A DNA stretch of 63,862 nt, counting the filler, from Rhabdomonas costata (lineage: Eukaryota): NCBI GenBank assembly GCA_019059605.1. It is 44 parts of 44 records of this genome, joined end to end, with 100 filler letters (N's around TTAATTAATTAA, not from the genome) between each part and the next. Parts side by side here need not be neighbours in the genome. Positions count along the whole stretch, not along the records: positions 53,797 to 55,147 come from JAHMHO010018441.1; positions 55,248 to 56,600 come from JAHMHO010018442.1; positions 56,701 to 58,052 come from JAHMHO010018443.1; positions 58,153 to 59,505 come from JAHMHO010018444.1; positions 59,606 to 60,958 come from JAHMHO010018445.1; positions 61,059 to 62,411 come from JAHMHO010018446.1; positions 62,512 to 63,862 come from JAHMHO010018447.1; 37 more parts are not named here. The stretch is one strand, 5' to 3'. The translations under genes were made by a program, and so were the position numbers. Below are positions 53,804-63,862 of the stretch, in pieces. How positions within the stretch are numbered: the first letter of the stretch is position 1; each line of letters opens with the position of its first letter. The notes beneath the pieces are model-generated. The model searched no databases and had not been told where the DNA came from. It saw only the letters and a program-made list of their open reading frames with translations.

Positions 53804-54221
53804 GGGGAGAACGTTTGAGAAGTTTTGTGGTCAGAACTTTCAAGGCTCGTGCCTTTTTGGAGCGCGGTTCAAACGGGCGCAAAAACGGAAACCGTCGAAA
53901 CCGTTGAAAATGCTGCGAAGTGGCTCTTGAGTTGGCCTGGATGAGTGAGAGGCGCGCTCTCACTCTCTGGGCGCTTGCTGCGTTGGAATGTGTTTTAACA
54001 CTATTGGAGTGAGTGATGGAAGTACGCTGGGTACAGATGTAATGCGTTTTTCGCTTCAATCGTGAGATTTAATTGCAGGCAGAGCTGATGGTGGCTAGAT
54101 TTGGTACTCCCACCCCGGTACCGGTGTCGACGGTTTCCGTTTTTGCGCCCGTTTGAACCGCGCTCCAAAAAGGCACGAGCCTTGAAAGTTCTGACCTCAA
54201 AATTTCTCAAACGTTCTCCCC
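53804..54221. mobile_element. MITE-like element with terminal inverted repeats of about 100 bp (53804-53903 / 54122-54221)
   Basis: GGGGAGAACGTTTGAGAA...GGAAACCGTCGAAACCG and its reverse complement differ at 3 positions. The core of about 218 nt is non-coding. Confidence 0.85.
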
Positions 54222-54245
54222 TCACTGAACCACACCTGAGCTCAC

Positions 54246-54599
54246 ATTGGACACAGCGGTGTACATCGCCAGCTGTGACGTGCCCACCATTAGATAGCGA
54301 ATGCTGTTCACCATCCGGTCCTGCACCGCGTCGCAGGCCAGCTCGCGGTATTTCACCGCCATGTACTCCGTGGCGTCCTTGGTCCACTCCTTGGTCAGCA
54401 CGAAGGTCAGCACCACCACCAAGATCAGCGACGCGGTGGACACTGCGCCCATCAGCACCCACAGAGGGAGCTGGAACCGGCGGGGTAGGCCGCAGCCCCG
54501 CCGCCCACACACCCCAGGACAGGGCAGCCTCGGGCACCACGATGGACAATGGGGGCCCTTGCGGGACCCTCTCTCCTGAGACTCTGCCGCGGCCGGCAT
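54246..54599 (-). CDS. Receptor-type membrane protein first exon (N-terminal TM helix plus extracellular helix)
   Basis: RRFQLPLWVLMGAVSTASLILVVVLTFVL...ELACDAVQDRMVNSI, GC3-rich, with an AAT|GTGAGC donor. Confidence 0.6.
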
Positions 54600-55544
54600 C
54601 AACGGCGATGCACCACACTTCCTGGCGAAGTGCGGGTAGCCGGCAAGAGTTGGGTGGTTGTCAGGGAAAGGGTTGTCACGGGAACAGAAACTTCTTTGTT
54701 CCGGTGTGAGCTGAAGTCAATGGGGAAGTCAACTGGGGAATCTTCACTCCGGTAAACGCGCACCTAACCTGGTCGTGGCACTTAGCCGTGCATCTGGAAC
54801 GAGTCGATTTTGGGCTTATGGCTGCCAGCAATAGCGATTTGTCGTAGCAGTGGAGCCTGAGATTGTGCCGTCAAAGGCCCTCGAAGGTCGCACAAACACG
54901 AGACTTGAAACTAATGCGACCATAACTTACTATCTCGTCCTCCGTCAATACCTTGCAGCAGGCTCTGCCCGCAACTTCTGGTCTTGGCCTAACACTCCAC
55001 TCCACTCCACTTCTACTCAAGGTCAGTGTCATTGGTAGAACAACCGCCTGCCCGCTTCTCGCATTCGGCCGCACAACGAAAAAGCCCTCCCAGCAATGCC
55101 GAACTGTCACTCACGCAGCACCACAAATGATCCAGGCAAACAAAACANNNNNNNNNNNNNNNNNNNNNNNNNNNNNNNNNNNNNNNNNNNNTTAATTAAT
55201 TAANNNNNNNNNNNNNNNNNNNNNNNNNNNNNNNNNNNNNNNNNNNNGTTTTGGGGTTGGCAGCGGCGGTTTTGGCTGCGGTTTTGGCGGTAATGAAGAG
55301 AGCCAGCATGCTTCCCGCGACTGATGCTGCGGTGAAAATAGTGAGCCGTTTCCCCGGTGATTTTTTAACCCTTTTGTACGGTTGCCTGCACAACATAAAC
55401 CGAACAAATTCTATATTTATTTGACATGTTGTCGCGATCTGTTGACGGTGTGCTTCTGCCAACTCTGGCAACTGCAATCTCGCAGCAACCCTGAAAAAGG
55501 CTTGTCAGCGCCTCCTGCGTGCATTTGTGACAGGGAGGCAAGAC

Positions 55545-56299
55545 CTCGGTCTTGACAATCTTCTCAATGATCATCTCGACCGGAACAGTTCTCTCGAAGG
55601 GGACTTCGACGAACTTCTCAATGATCTTCTCCACAGGAACCTAAAAAAGACAGGCAGAGAGACAATGCAACTGGTCTCAAGGCAGAAAAGGAAAAGCACT
55701 GAAAACGTGAAAATCAAGAGGACAAGCGAGGTGTTGTGGCTTTGACTGGCACCTCGATAAATGAAGCACAGGAACGGCTCCAGCTGGCGTGGGCTTGTTC
55801 CCGGCCAGCGTCGACTGTGTGATTTATGTGGGCACCAGGCGACCCAGAGCAATTTGGATGGGCCCCCTTTCGCGGAGATAGAGGCAGGTGAGTGTTTGTA
55901 CCTAACTTGTGGGTGCCGTCGAAAAACCCTACGCTGCAAGATTTAAGAAACACTAAGGATGAGTTGAAATTAGAAATTAGTCCGCCAAGGAGCACGGGTG
56001 GACACCAGCCTGACGTGAAATACCTGCCACATAGCGTTTCGGAACGCCCATTGTGTATGCAAAAAACCCCGTGCCTGCTTCGGTTTCGCCCTCAAGAAAA
56101 TCGTGAATCTCAATGTAGAGGAGATCGTTCGATACTTGACCAAGGCGGCGTTGGAGCGGGAAGGCTAAAACAAAGCGTCGAGGTGGTGGGGAGGTGGGGG
56201 AGAGGCCTCGACAATCCTCTCGACAATCTTCTCCACGGGCACGGTCCTGTCGAAAGGGACAGGGACATGGACGATCTTCTCTACAACCTTCTCCACAAC
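55545..56299 (-). CDS. Articulin-like VPV-repeat cytoskeletal protein, exons 56299-56207 and 55640-55545
   Basis: VVEKVVEKIVHVPVPFDRTVPVEKIVERIVE and VPVEKIIEKFVEVPFERTVPVEMIIEKIVKTE. Confidence 0.85.
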
Positions 56300-56989
56300 C
56301 TGCACGCACACATCCGAAAAACCAAACTACCCCAGCCGCTGCAAAGGAGACAAAGACGACGCTGAGGGGTGAGGGGGGGGGGGGGTTGAAGTACTCCACC
56401 AGCTCAAGAAGGATAACCACCAAAGCAAGGATTGGAGGAAGGAAGAGGGACAAGAGCGGTGCATATGAACGTGCGTTGAGGCAGCATCGGATTCAAGTGG
56501 CAGGGCCTGCAGAACTTCCGGCAAGGCAGCAAAACCGCCAAACCTTCTGCTACTTATGTTTGTGATCCAACACACACAAACACCCAAACACACCCACCAC
56601 NNNNNNNNNNNNNNNNNNNNNNNNNNNNNNNNNNNNNNNNNNNNTTAATTAATTAANNNNNNNNNNNNNNNNNNNNNNNNNNNNNNNNNNNNNNNNNNNN
56701 GGGTGGTGTGAGATCATTGCTGTTGGGAAGTTTTGCACCGTCTGACCTCCATGATTTTGCAACTTGGTGTCGGTGTCCGAAAGCCGAAAGCCGAAAACTT
56801 TTTGCAAGTCCACCCTGGAGGTTTTATTCTTGACTTAGGGACAGTTCTCCATGTGGATCTCTCTCTATTGCCTTCAGTGTCAGCCGCACGGCCATGCAGG
56901 CAGCGCTTGCGGAGATACTTCGAGATATCCTGCCCTAATTTGAATTTAACCATGTTCTTCGCCCGAGGGGCCGCTGTCGTCAACACAGG

Positions 56990-57815
56990 GTTCGCAGTGG
57001 CTATTCAGCGAGCTATTTCCGCTCTTCAGCATGTTTGAGTGGCCAGTACCTTGATGACGGGTTGCTGGTGGGCGAACCCGAAACGCTTCTGAACACTCTC
57101 CGTCAGCTCAGCTTTTGCTTTCAGCAACTGGGTCTTCAATTCAACCTTACCAAGTGCAAGCCGGAAGGCTGCACTCGTGACAGCCCCGTTCTGGAGCACG
57201 CCGAAAGTTGTTTTGGGAATTCCGTTTGGCTCTGAATCGGCAATTCTCCAATTCCTGAGTGAGGCAAGGGCCAAACATCATGCTCTTCTGCACCCATTAG
57301 CGCTGCTTCCGGATCCTCAGTTAGCTTTGTCACTCGGTACTGTCTGGGAGCGCAGAAGATCAGCCATCTTCTCCGAGTACTGTGGTCTCCAATAGTCACA
57401 GACCAGATCAGATTCTCCTGGACTGCATCCTGCCTCCCAGATGGTTTGGAAACAGTGCTGCCTGCCTCCGAATGGGAGGTTTGGTACTGACCCAAAGTGC
57501 CGCGTTTTTCGCCTCTCGGCTGGCAGATTACTCGGGAGCTTTCTCTCCGAATGGTGAAACAGCCCCCCGCGTGACGCACTATGGTCCGCTGCCCGCGAGC
57601 TCTGCAGCCACACATTGAATGCCCGGAACTTTCACAGTCGCTCGGAATGAGGACCCTCCCAGCACCTGCCCAAGTGATGAACGATCAGCTTTTCGCCCAA
57701 CACTATTGGGTCGACAAGGTGCATCGACACTTTCAGAAGTAACTCGTCTCTGACGCTTCCCTGCGGGACAGGGTGAGGCTAACCAGCGAAAGCCACCAGC
57801 ACGCATGGACCCGTG
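56990..57815 (+). mobile_element. Degenerate reverse transcriptase of a CRE-like non-LTR retrotransposon
   Basis: Ordered blocks across frameshifts: FAVAIQRAI, YLDDG, LGLQFNLTKC, VLGIPFGS, LPDPQLALSL, KISHLLR, LRMGGL and RLTS...AW. Confidence 0.88.
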
Positions 57816-58667
57816 CGACTTTTGTCAACTGCTTAACCAGGAGTTTGAAAAGCTCCAGACCGCTCTCGAAAAACTGTTATGCCTTGGGACCCTCAGGCCG
57901 CCTCTCACATCCTCCGCAGTTGCCAAAGTCCAGCAAAAGTTATAAACCTGCTGCGCACGGCATCGTGCGACGAATGTGCCTTCGTGGAGCGTGTCTGGGA
58001 CTTGCTGGTTGAATCCTGGAGTACTATTCCTGGATTCAACCCCCAACCACAANNNNNNNNNNNNNNNNNNNNNNNNNNNNNNNNNNNNNNNNNNNNTTAA
58101 TTAATTAANNNNNNNNNNNNNNNNNNNNNNNNNNNNNNNNNNNNNNNNNNNNTTTGTGTTTTAAAACCTGTGGGGTATTAAGGCTGTTGTCTGGAGACAT
58201 GATATGTGATGAATCTGGAAAGTATTCGTGTTGGACCTTTCATGCAGTTAGAAATGCAGTGCTTCGAAGGCACGATTTCTTTCGGGTGATTCCGTGTTTG
58301 TGTTGATCTTTGAAGAGAATTGTGAATTCCACGAACGACTGTTTGTGGAGAAGGGACCGTGAAGGTAGGGTTTAAACCCAGCCATGTGATCTGGCGCAGT
58401 TCTAAGGTTACGGTTTTACGTACTGTGTAAAGCAAGCATATAAAACGGCGTTATACGCGTCATACGGAACCCCCCACCCCTGCACTTCACCTTGCCCACC
58501 ACTGCTCAGTTTTCCGTCCAACCACTGCGAACGGTGGTGTGATGTGATGGTCTTTCCGCTCATCATGTGTTGCCCAAATAACGTGCTTTTGTGTTCTGCA
58601 GTTGGCACACGGATGTGAATCTGCAGAGGAACTTTTGCTAAGCTCTTACCCTCAAACACTGGTGCAG

Positions 58668-59387
58668 ACGATCGGAGACGCCTACCTCGCCATCGCGGGG
58701 CTGCCCCAGCGCCTCGACGGCGAGGAGGGCGGGACGGAACCGGGGCACACTATGCAAATGGTGCAATTCGCGTCGACGGTGGTGCAGCTGTTCAGCGGGC
58801 GGTACGTGCACCCCGACGCGACGGAGGTGCTGAAGATGGTCGCGGAGCGCAGCGTGTGTACGTGTGCGTGTCTGTCGTGATCTGTGATGATTGTGTGTGA
58901 GCGCGAGGTATTTTGTGCAAATCTCTCAGGCGCTTGTCTTGGGCGCGTGAGCATATGGTTGGCTCGTTATGCGGGACGGCCATGTGAGGGCTGAAATAAT
59001 ATTCTTGTGCAAGAGTTCTGGATTCTTCTAAATTCTTGATTTTATGAGCTCTTTTCTTGGCTCTTGGCTCTTTACTAGCCTTCCACCCCATCCCCGCCTT
59101 GGCTCTTCTTTTTAGCACTATTTGGGAATTTCATATTTTGCTCCGAAAAAAAAAATAGGAGTCGGGGGAAAGCCTCGGAAAGTCTCTCATACCTCTCGCG
59201 AGAGCTCTGACAAGCAGTCCTCGAAGGCCCCGCTAGCGTCGCGGAGAGCGAGAGAGAGGGGCGGAAGTTCACGTGTGCGATGCGGTTTGGGCTGGCGCTG
59301 GGCCCAATCACGGCGGGGGTGCTGCAGGGCACGTGCCCCGCGTTTGACATATGGGGCAAGACGGTGAACCTGGCCAGCCGGATGGAG
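58668..59387 (+). CDS. Class III adenylyl cyclase catalytic domain, exons 58668-58857 and 59218-59387
   Basis: TIGDAYLAIAGLP...MVQFA and MRFGLALGPITAGVLQG..PAFDIWGKTVNLASRME. Asp in FDIWG favours ATP. GT-AG phase-1 intron. Confidence 0.95.
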
Positions 59388-59416
59388 GTGTGAGTTTTCG
59401 TGCATCACTGCGGCTA

Positions 59417-59502
59417 TGGGTTGAGGTCCTTGAGGACCTTGTTGAGGTTGAGGTCCTTGGACTGGAGAAAACCTCAACAAGGTCCTCAAGGACCTCAACC
59501 CA
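59417..59502. repeat. Perfect 33-bp inverted repeat (59417-59449 / 59470-59502) in an intron
   Basis: TGGGTTGAGGTCCTTGAGGACCTTGTTGAGGTT and its reverse complement, built internally from TTGAGG units. Confidence 0.93.
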
Positions 59503-59919
59503 CACNNNNNNNNNNNNNNNNNNNNNNNNNNNNNNNNNNNNNNNNNNNNTTAATTAATTAANNNNNNNNNNNNNNNNNNNNNNNNNNNNNNNNNNNNNNN
59601 NNNNNTTTGTGGGTTTGGGGCCTTTCGGATGCCTTTTTTTATGGGCAAAGAAGGACCCTCATCGCTACTGGTCTGGCAAAAGGAGGAATTCATGTAAAGT
59701 TGGCACGCTGGGATCGTCCCAAGTGTAATTGGAGCTGATTTGTGCGTGCGCACGCGCACACACACACACAACACATTCAGCGTTTTAGTGTGCGCGCGAT
59801 CCATTTCACTCTGGACATGAATGTGCGCCGAAAGGGAGTCAGCGGCGGAGATGCAGGAAAGGGGGCGCTGGAGGGGGGCGGGTGACTCACACACAACTGC
59901 TTCCCCGTTTGAGACTTTA

Positions 59920-60667
59920 TCACGGGCTTTCTCCGCTGAACTTCAGCCGCAGAAATCCCGTCGCGTCCTTGCAGCTCTGGTAGAGCACCCCGATCACCTG
60001 AGGAGATGTTTTCTTTGCTGTGCACGCCGATTTCCTTTCAGTGCAGTTTACATACTAAAGCAGGCATGTCGTTGCCTTTGTCTGGCCTCACGAAAGCTGT
60101 CATTCCTAACTTAGCAACAGATATGAACCGCACCTCAGACCTTCTTGGTAATGCCACCTTCCTTGCCTCCTACTAAGATAAACCGCACCATGGTCTCCCT
60201 CGAAGTGCAGCGAGCCCAAACAACGCCCCCCTTCCTCCCCAGAAAAGAAGACTACTAAATTCAAATCCATGTTTAGGGTTAGCGCGCTGTCACCTCGACT
60301 TTTGTGAGCCCCAAGCGACAACCACAACCTTGGGATCAAGTCATCGCTGCCACCATCAACTTGTTAGGTGTTGGAACCCAAAGAACCTCGTCCTCTCCAC
60401 GCCACCATCGCACGCACAGCCGACGGCAAACTAACCAGACCAAACAAGCTGATGTGGCCATTTCCCTAGGCGAAACCATCACAGACATCTCTCACTGAGC
60501 AACCTGGTGGCGCAAACACACATAGTGTGGAAACTGTGTGTGGGAAGACTATGCTGAGTCCTCCCCCACATACTTCAGTAGGAGGAATGTCACCATCAAA
60601 GTCCACGCGCAGAATAAGATCCTGCCTCATGCTGAGGCCCAGTCTGGAGCGGATTTGCTCGCGCAAC
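59920..60667 (-). CDS. ATG8-like ubiquitin-fold protein, exons 60667-60574 and 59997-59920
   Basis: LREQIRSRLGLSMRQDLILRVDFDGDIPPTE|VIGVLYQSCKDATGFLRLKFSGESP* parallels ATG8 IRKRI.L...AIF.FV...LPPT..MS.IY...KDEDGFLY..YSGENTFG. Confidence 0.7.
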
Positions 60668-62062
60668 CTACGCACATATGTGACGAAGGAACACAGCGTA
60701 AATAATCGGAACCAATGGACACAATGGAGAGAGAGATAGAGAGAGGGGAGAATTGAGAGCGACACAACGGCGGTGGGCTGCACAGCTTCGGCCTCATTCA
60801 GGCCCCACAGAGAAATGACGGTATTTCACAAATCTGCACATGGCATGAGACGACTTCGTGCCATGTGTCCTCGCAGCCTTGCATCACCCCAAAATCGCAT
60901 CCCCCACCCGCAACCCTCCCCTTCACTCACTGCACAGACTTGGAGAGGGACCCACAAANNNNNNNNNNNNNNNNNNNNNNNNNNNNNNNNNNNNNNNNNN
61001 NNTTAATTAATTAANNNNNNNNNNNNNNNNNNNNNNNNNNNNNNNNNNNNNNNNNNNNTGTGTGTGGTCCCCTGCAGGGCTCTAAGCTGATCGTATCCTT
61101 TTATTGATCTCTCACCCAGGGGGTTAGGAAGCGATGCGCGTGCCCCCTAAAAAGAGAAAAAAATCTTGGTGCAAACGACCCTTGGTGTTCAGGTTGATGA
61201 CGGGGTTAGAATTGGGCTCAGAGTCTGACTTGCACGAGCCCTGGGTCGGTTCTCGCCACGTCGGCACCCTGACGTGACCCCAACCCTGGAGCACGGAGCT
61301 CTTCCGAGCTCTGTCGGAGGCTGAGGCGCCCACTATCCCCGTTTCTTTTCAGGGACTTCATCAGAGCTGCTCCCAGGACAGAGCCCTATCAGGTGGTTTT
61401 CATGTGTGACTTTGGCGGCTGGGAGACGGAAGAAGGCGTGCACTGCTCGAGCGAACCTCTGCAGGCAACCAAACAACGGCTCACGGAGGCTTATGCTCTG
61501 CAGCAGAGACTACCCCCAAGTAAGGCGCGCCCTGCCCCGCTCGCAGACGTGGGCAAGTACCGTACGGGCTCGGTAGCGTGAGAAACCCAAGGGGTTCACA
61601 ACCGCTCGACCCACCCAGACTACCCAGCGTGTCCTCCGCCAACCGAAGCAACCACCACTTCCCCCAGGGCAGGGCAGGCGTTGGGAGATAGGCCGCCTCG
61701 GTGGGCCGTTTCCACCTCCGCCACGTCAAGGCTCCCCCATCCGACTTGGGATTAAGGTGAGGACCCGCAACCAGGAGCCGTGGACCATCGCTCCTACTCC
61801 GAGACTACTGAAGAGGCATATGTACTGCGCGCATCGTAGACCGTTGTCCGCTTGTTTATCAAGAAGGGTTGCCAGCTTTCCCCTCGCACACCAATCTTCC
61901 CCAACCGTCAATGCATTAAAACAAGTTTTGCTTCCGCACCGTTTTGAATTTGTTGAACCTTCAAAAATTAATTGGTCACTGTGCTGTATCTCCGAGACTG
62001 CTGTCTCTTCATGTGTTCTCTGCTTTTCTCCCCGTCACTGCGGTATCCCTTTCCATTTGAAG

Positions 62063-62167
62063 CAACGAAGCCCACCTGTGAAGACTACCCGTGCCCCATG
62101 GACCTCATCCTGAACAGCAGCTTTTCGTGCCCCCTCTCGGGATGCTCTGACGCCCTTTGTTGCATAG
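62063..62167 (+). CDS. Cys-rich extracellular repeat exon
   Basis: TKPTCEDYPCPMDLILNSSFSCPLSGCSDALCCI. A 105-nt exon with AG/GT ends, phase 1-1. Confidence 0.65.
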
Positions 62168-63862
62168 GTCAGTGCCAGTCTTTTTTCCGGTGTGGAAGCC
62201 CACCTCTTTTTCTGGGACCTAGTGTTTGATGCGAGCTGATGATTGTAAGCTTTTCTGAGTAACGGTCACTACTGAAGAAATTATTCCCCATTGGGCTGTA
62301 CAATCAAAAACACCCCGTCAGCAACCTTACCACCCCATCAACAGTGGCAGCCGTTACTTTTTCTGGAAATCACTGCTCTTCGCCTTTCCACCTGTGACCC
62401 ACCCCCCCCCCNNNNNNNNNNNNNNNNNNNNNNNNNNNNNNNNNNNNNNNNNNNNTTAATTAATTAANNNNNNNNNNNNNNNNNNNNNNNNNNNNNNNNN
62501 NNNNNNNNNNNGGGGGGGGGGTTAAACGAGTAAACGACCGGAACACGCAAAAAGTGGAAGGGAAGAGAGTGGTGCGAAAAGGGATACCCATAAAACGGAA
62601 GCGAAAAAGGTGCTGCAAGCAAATAACCCCATGCGCTCACGGGGAGAACTGAACTGCCTGGATTTTCGGTACATTCTGTTGCTGTTAGTTGACAAACCTC
62701 GAAATTTTTTGAAAGTGCATCTTTTTCGACTGTACACCTCACGAGGGGGGGCTATGCAGGGCAGGTGTGTGTGGGGTACTTTTTTTTACCATTCGCAGTG
62801 GTACGATTTGAGGTGCAAGCACCTACACCAAATCATATTCCCTTTTGCTAAAGTGCAGCAACGGGGTGTCCCGTGTTTGATGGTGGTCGGCATATAACGT
62901 CTACCGACTTTTGGGTTTAGTGGCCACTTGCAGGTTGCCAGCGAATAGGGGCACAACACATTGCCATTTCACATGGTGTGAGGGATACCTCGCGACCGAC
63001 ACTCACTTACTCCTCGGCATGTTACTGGGAATTCAGTCCTGCCCTGCAGATCTACTCGTTTAACCCCCCAGCTTGAATTTTGCTGAGATTTCAAACAGTG
63101 GCCATTCACTGAGATCGACAACGTGTAAGCCCTTCACCTTGCAAGACTTTTTACGCTTCCATGTGCCACGGTTTATTCCGTAGGACACTGACCTTCGGGG
63201 AGTGTGCGAGGTTATGCCATGCGATGTGAGGCATAAACTGCGCCCAACGCTCACATTCTCCTCGGCACGTTGCTGGTGGATCAGTCCTGCTTTGTGCATC
63301 TACTGCTGTAATCCCCAACGGATCTTTTGCTGGAATTTTTCAACAGTGACCAGTAACCTTCGCTGACAATATGCACATGCTTCATCTTTGCAAGATCGGT
63401 AACGGTCCGATGCAACGTAGTGTTCGGTGGAATCCTCACTCTCAGGGAGTGTGCCAGGCAAAGCGCTGGAAGTGCAAGTACATGCACCCCCCTCTGGCCG
63501 CCCCCTCGGGCCAGGGTCTGTCCGCGGATTCCTTCTTTCCCTCCGACAAGCCCTTGTAAAGCCGTGTAATACGGGCGCCCTCCCCCCACAAGCCCCACGG
63601 GGCGTGGGTGTGGATAGGGCATCGGTGGGTTTAGGAGTTAGGAGGGGATGTCCGGTAGCCCTTCGTTGTGGCGTACCTACGTGCAGCACGAGTCCTCCTC
63701 TTTCTATCTCTTTCTCCCCACTTCCCCCGTAACCCCATTCATGATTCATGGTGAACGTATTGGCAGCGGGAGGTTCGCAGTGCTCGGGGGTGGATTAGGG
63801 GCGAGAGTGAGGCCTCCAGTGGCGGGACGTAGGTACGCCACAACGAAGGGCTACCGGACACC

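Noticed and set aside
54001-54709. ORFs of 205 and 202 aa
   Set aside because: They are off-frame or antisense to a GC-rich exon and run through the inverted-repeat arm.

Overview
This is not contiguous DNA. It is 44 unrelated, roughly size-sorted contigs of about 1.35 kb, joined by 43 artificial 100-nt linkers (N44-TTAATTAATTAA-N44), so nothing across a linker is syntenic. Most contigs start G/T-rich and end C/A-rich, which suggests single-cell whole-genome amplification primer remnants. The source is an intron-rich eukaryote, most likely a euglenid (inferred from articulin-type VPV repeats, the class III cyclase style and a LDAADGRIDG motif). Every intron I could reconstruct can be read as canonical GT-AG, and the code appears standard. 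Recognisable gene fragments are alanyl-tRNA synthetase (4 exons), PCNA, SPT16, AMPK-gamma, two protein kinases, a metacaspase, a J-domain protein, an LRR protein, an adenylyl cyclase, an articulin-like protein, an ATG8-like protein, and Sushi, CADG and FkbM modules. There are also Sel1 and ADP-ribosyltransferase pseudogenes, CRE-like non-LTR retrotransposon pieces and an LTR-retrotransposon protease. No complete novel multi-gene system can be shown from such fragments. The best leads are a p10-before-p20 metacaspase, an ATG8-like protein apparently lacking its C-terminal Gly, and three long intronic hairpins that start 24-29 nt after a 5' splice site. All family calls rest on manual motif recognition; no searches were run.
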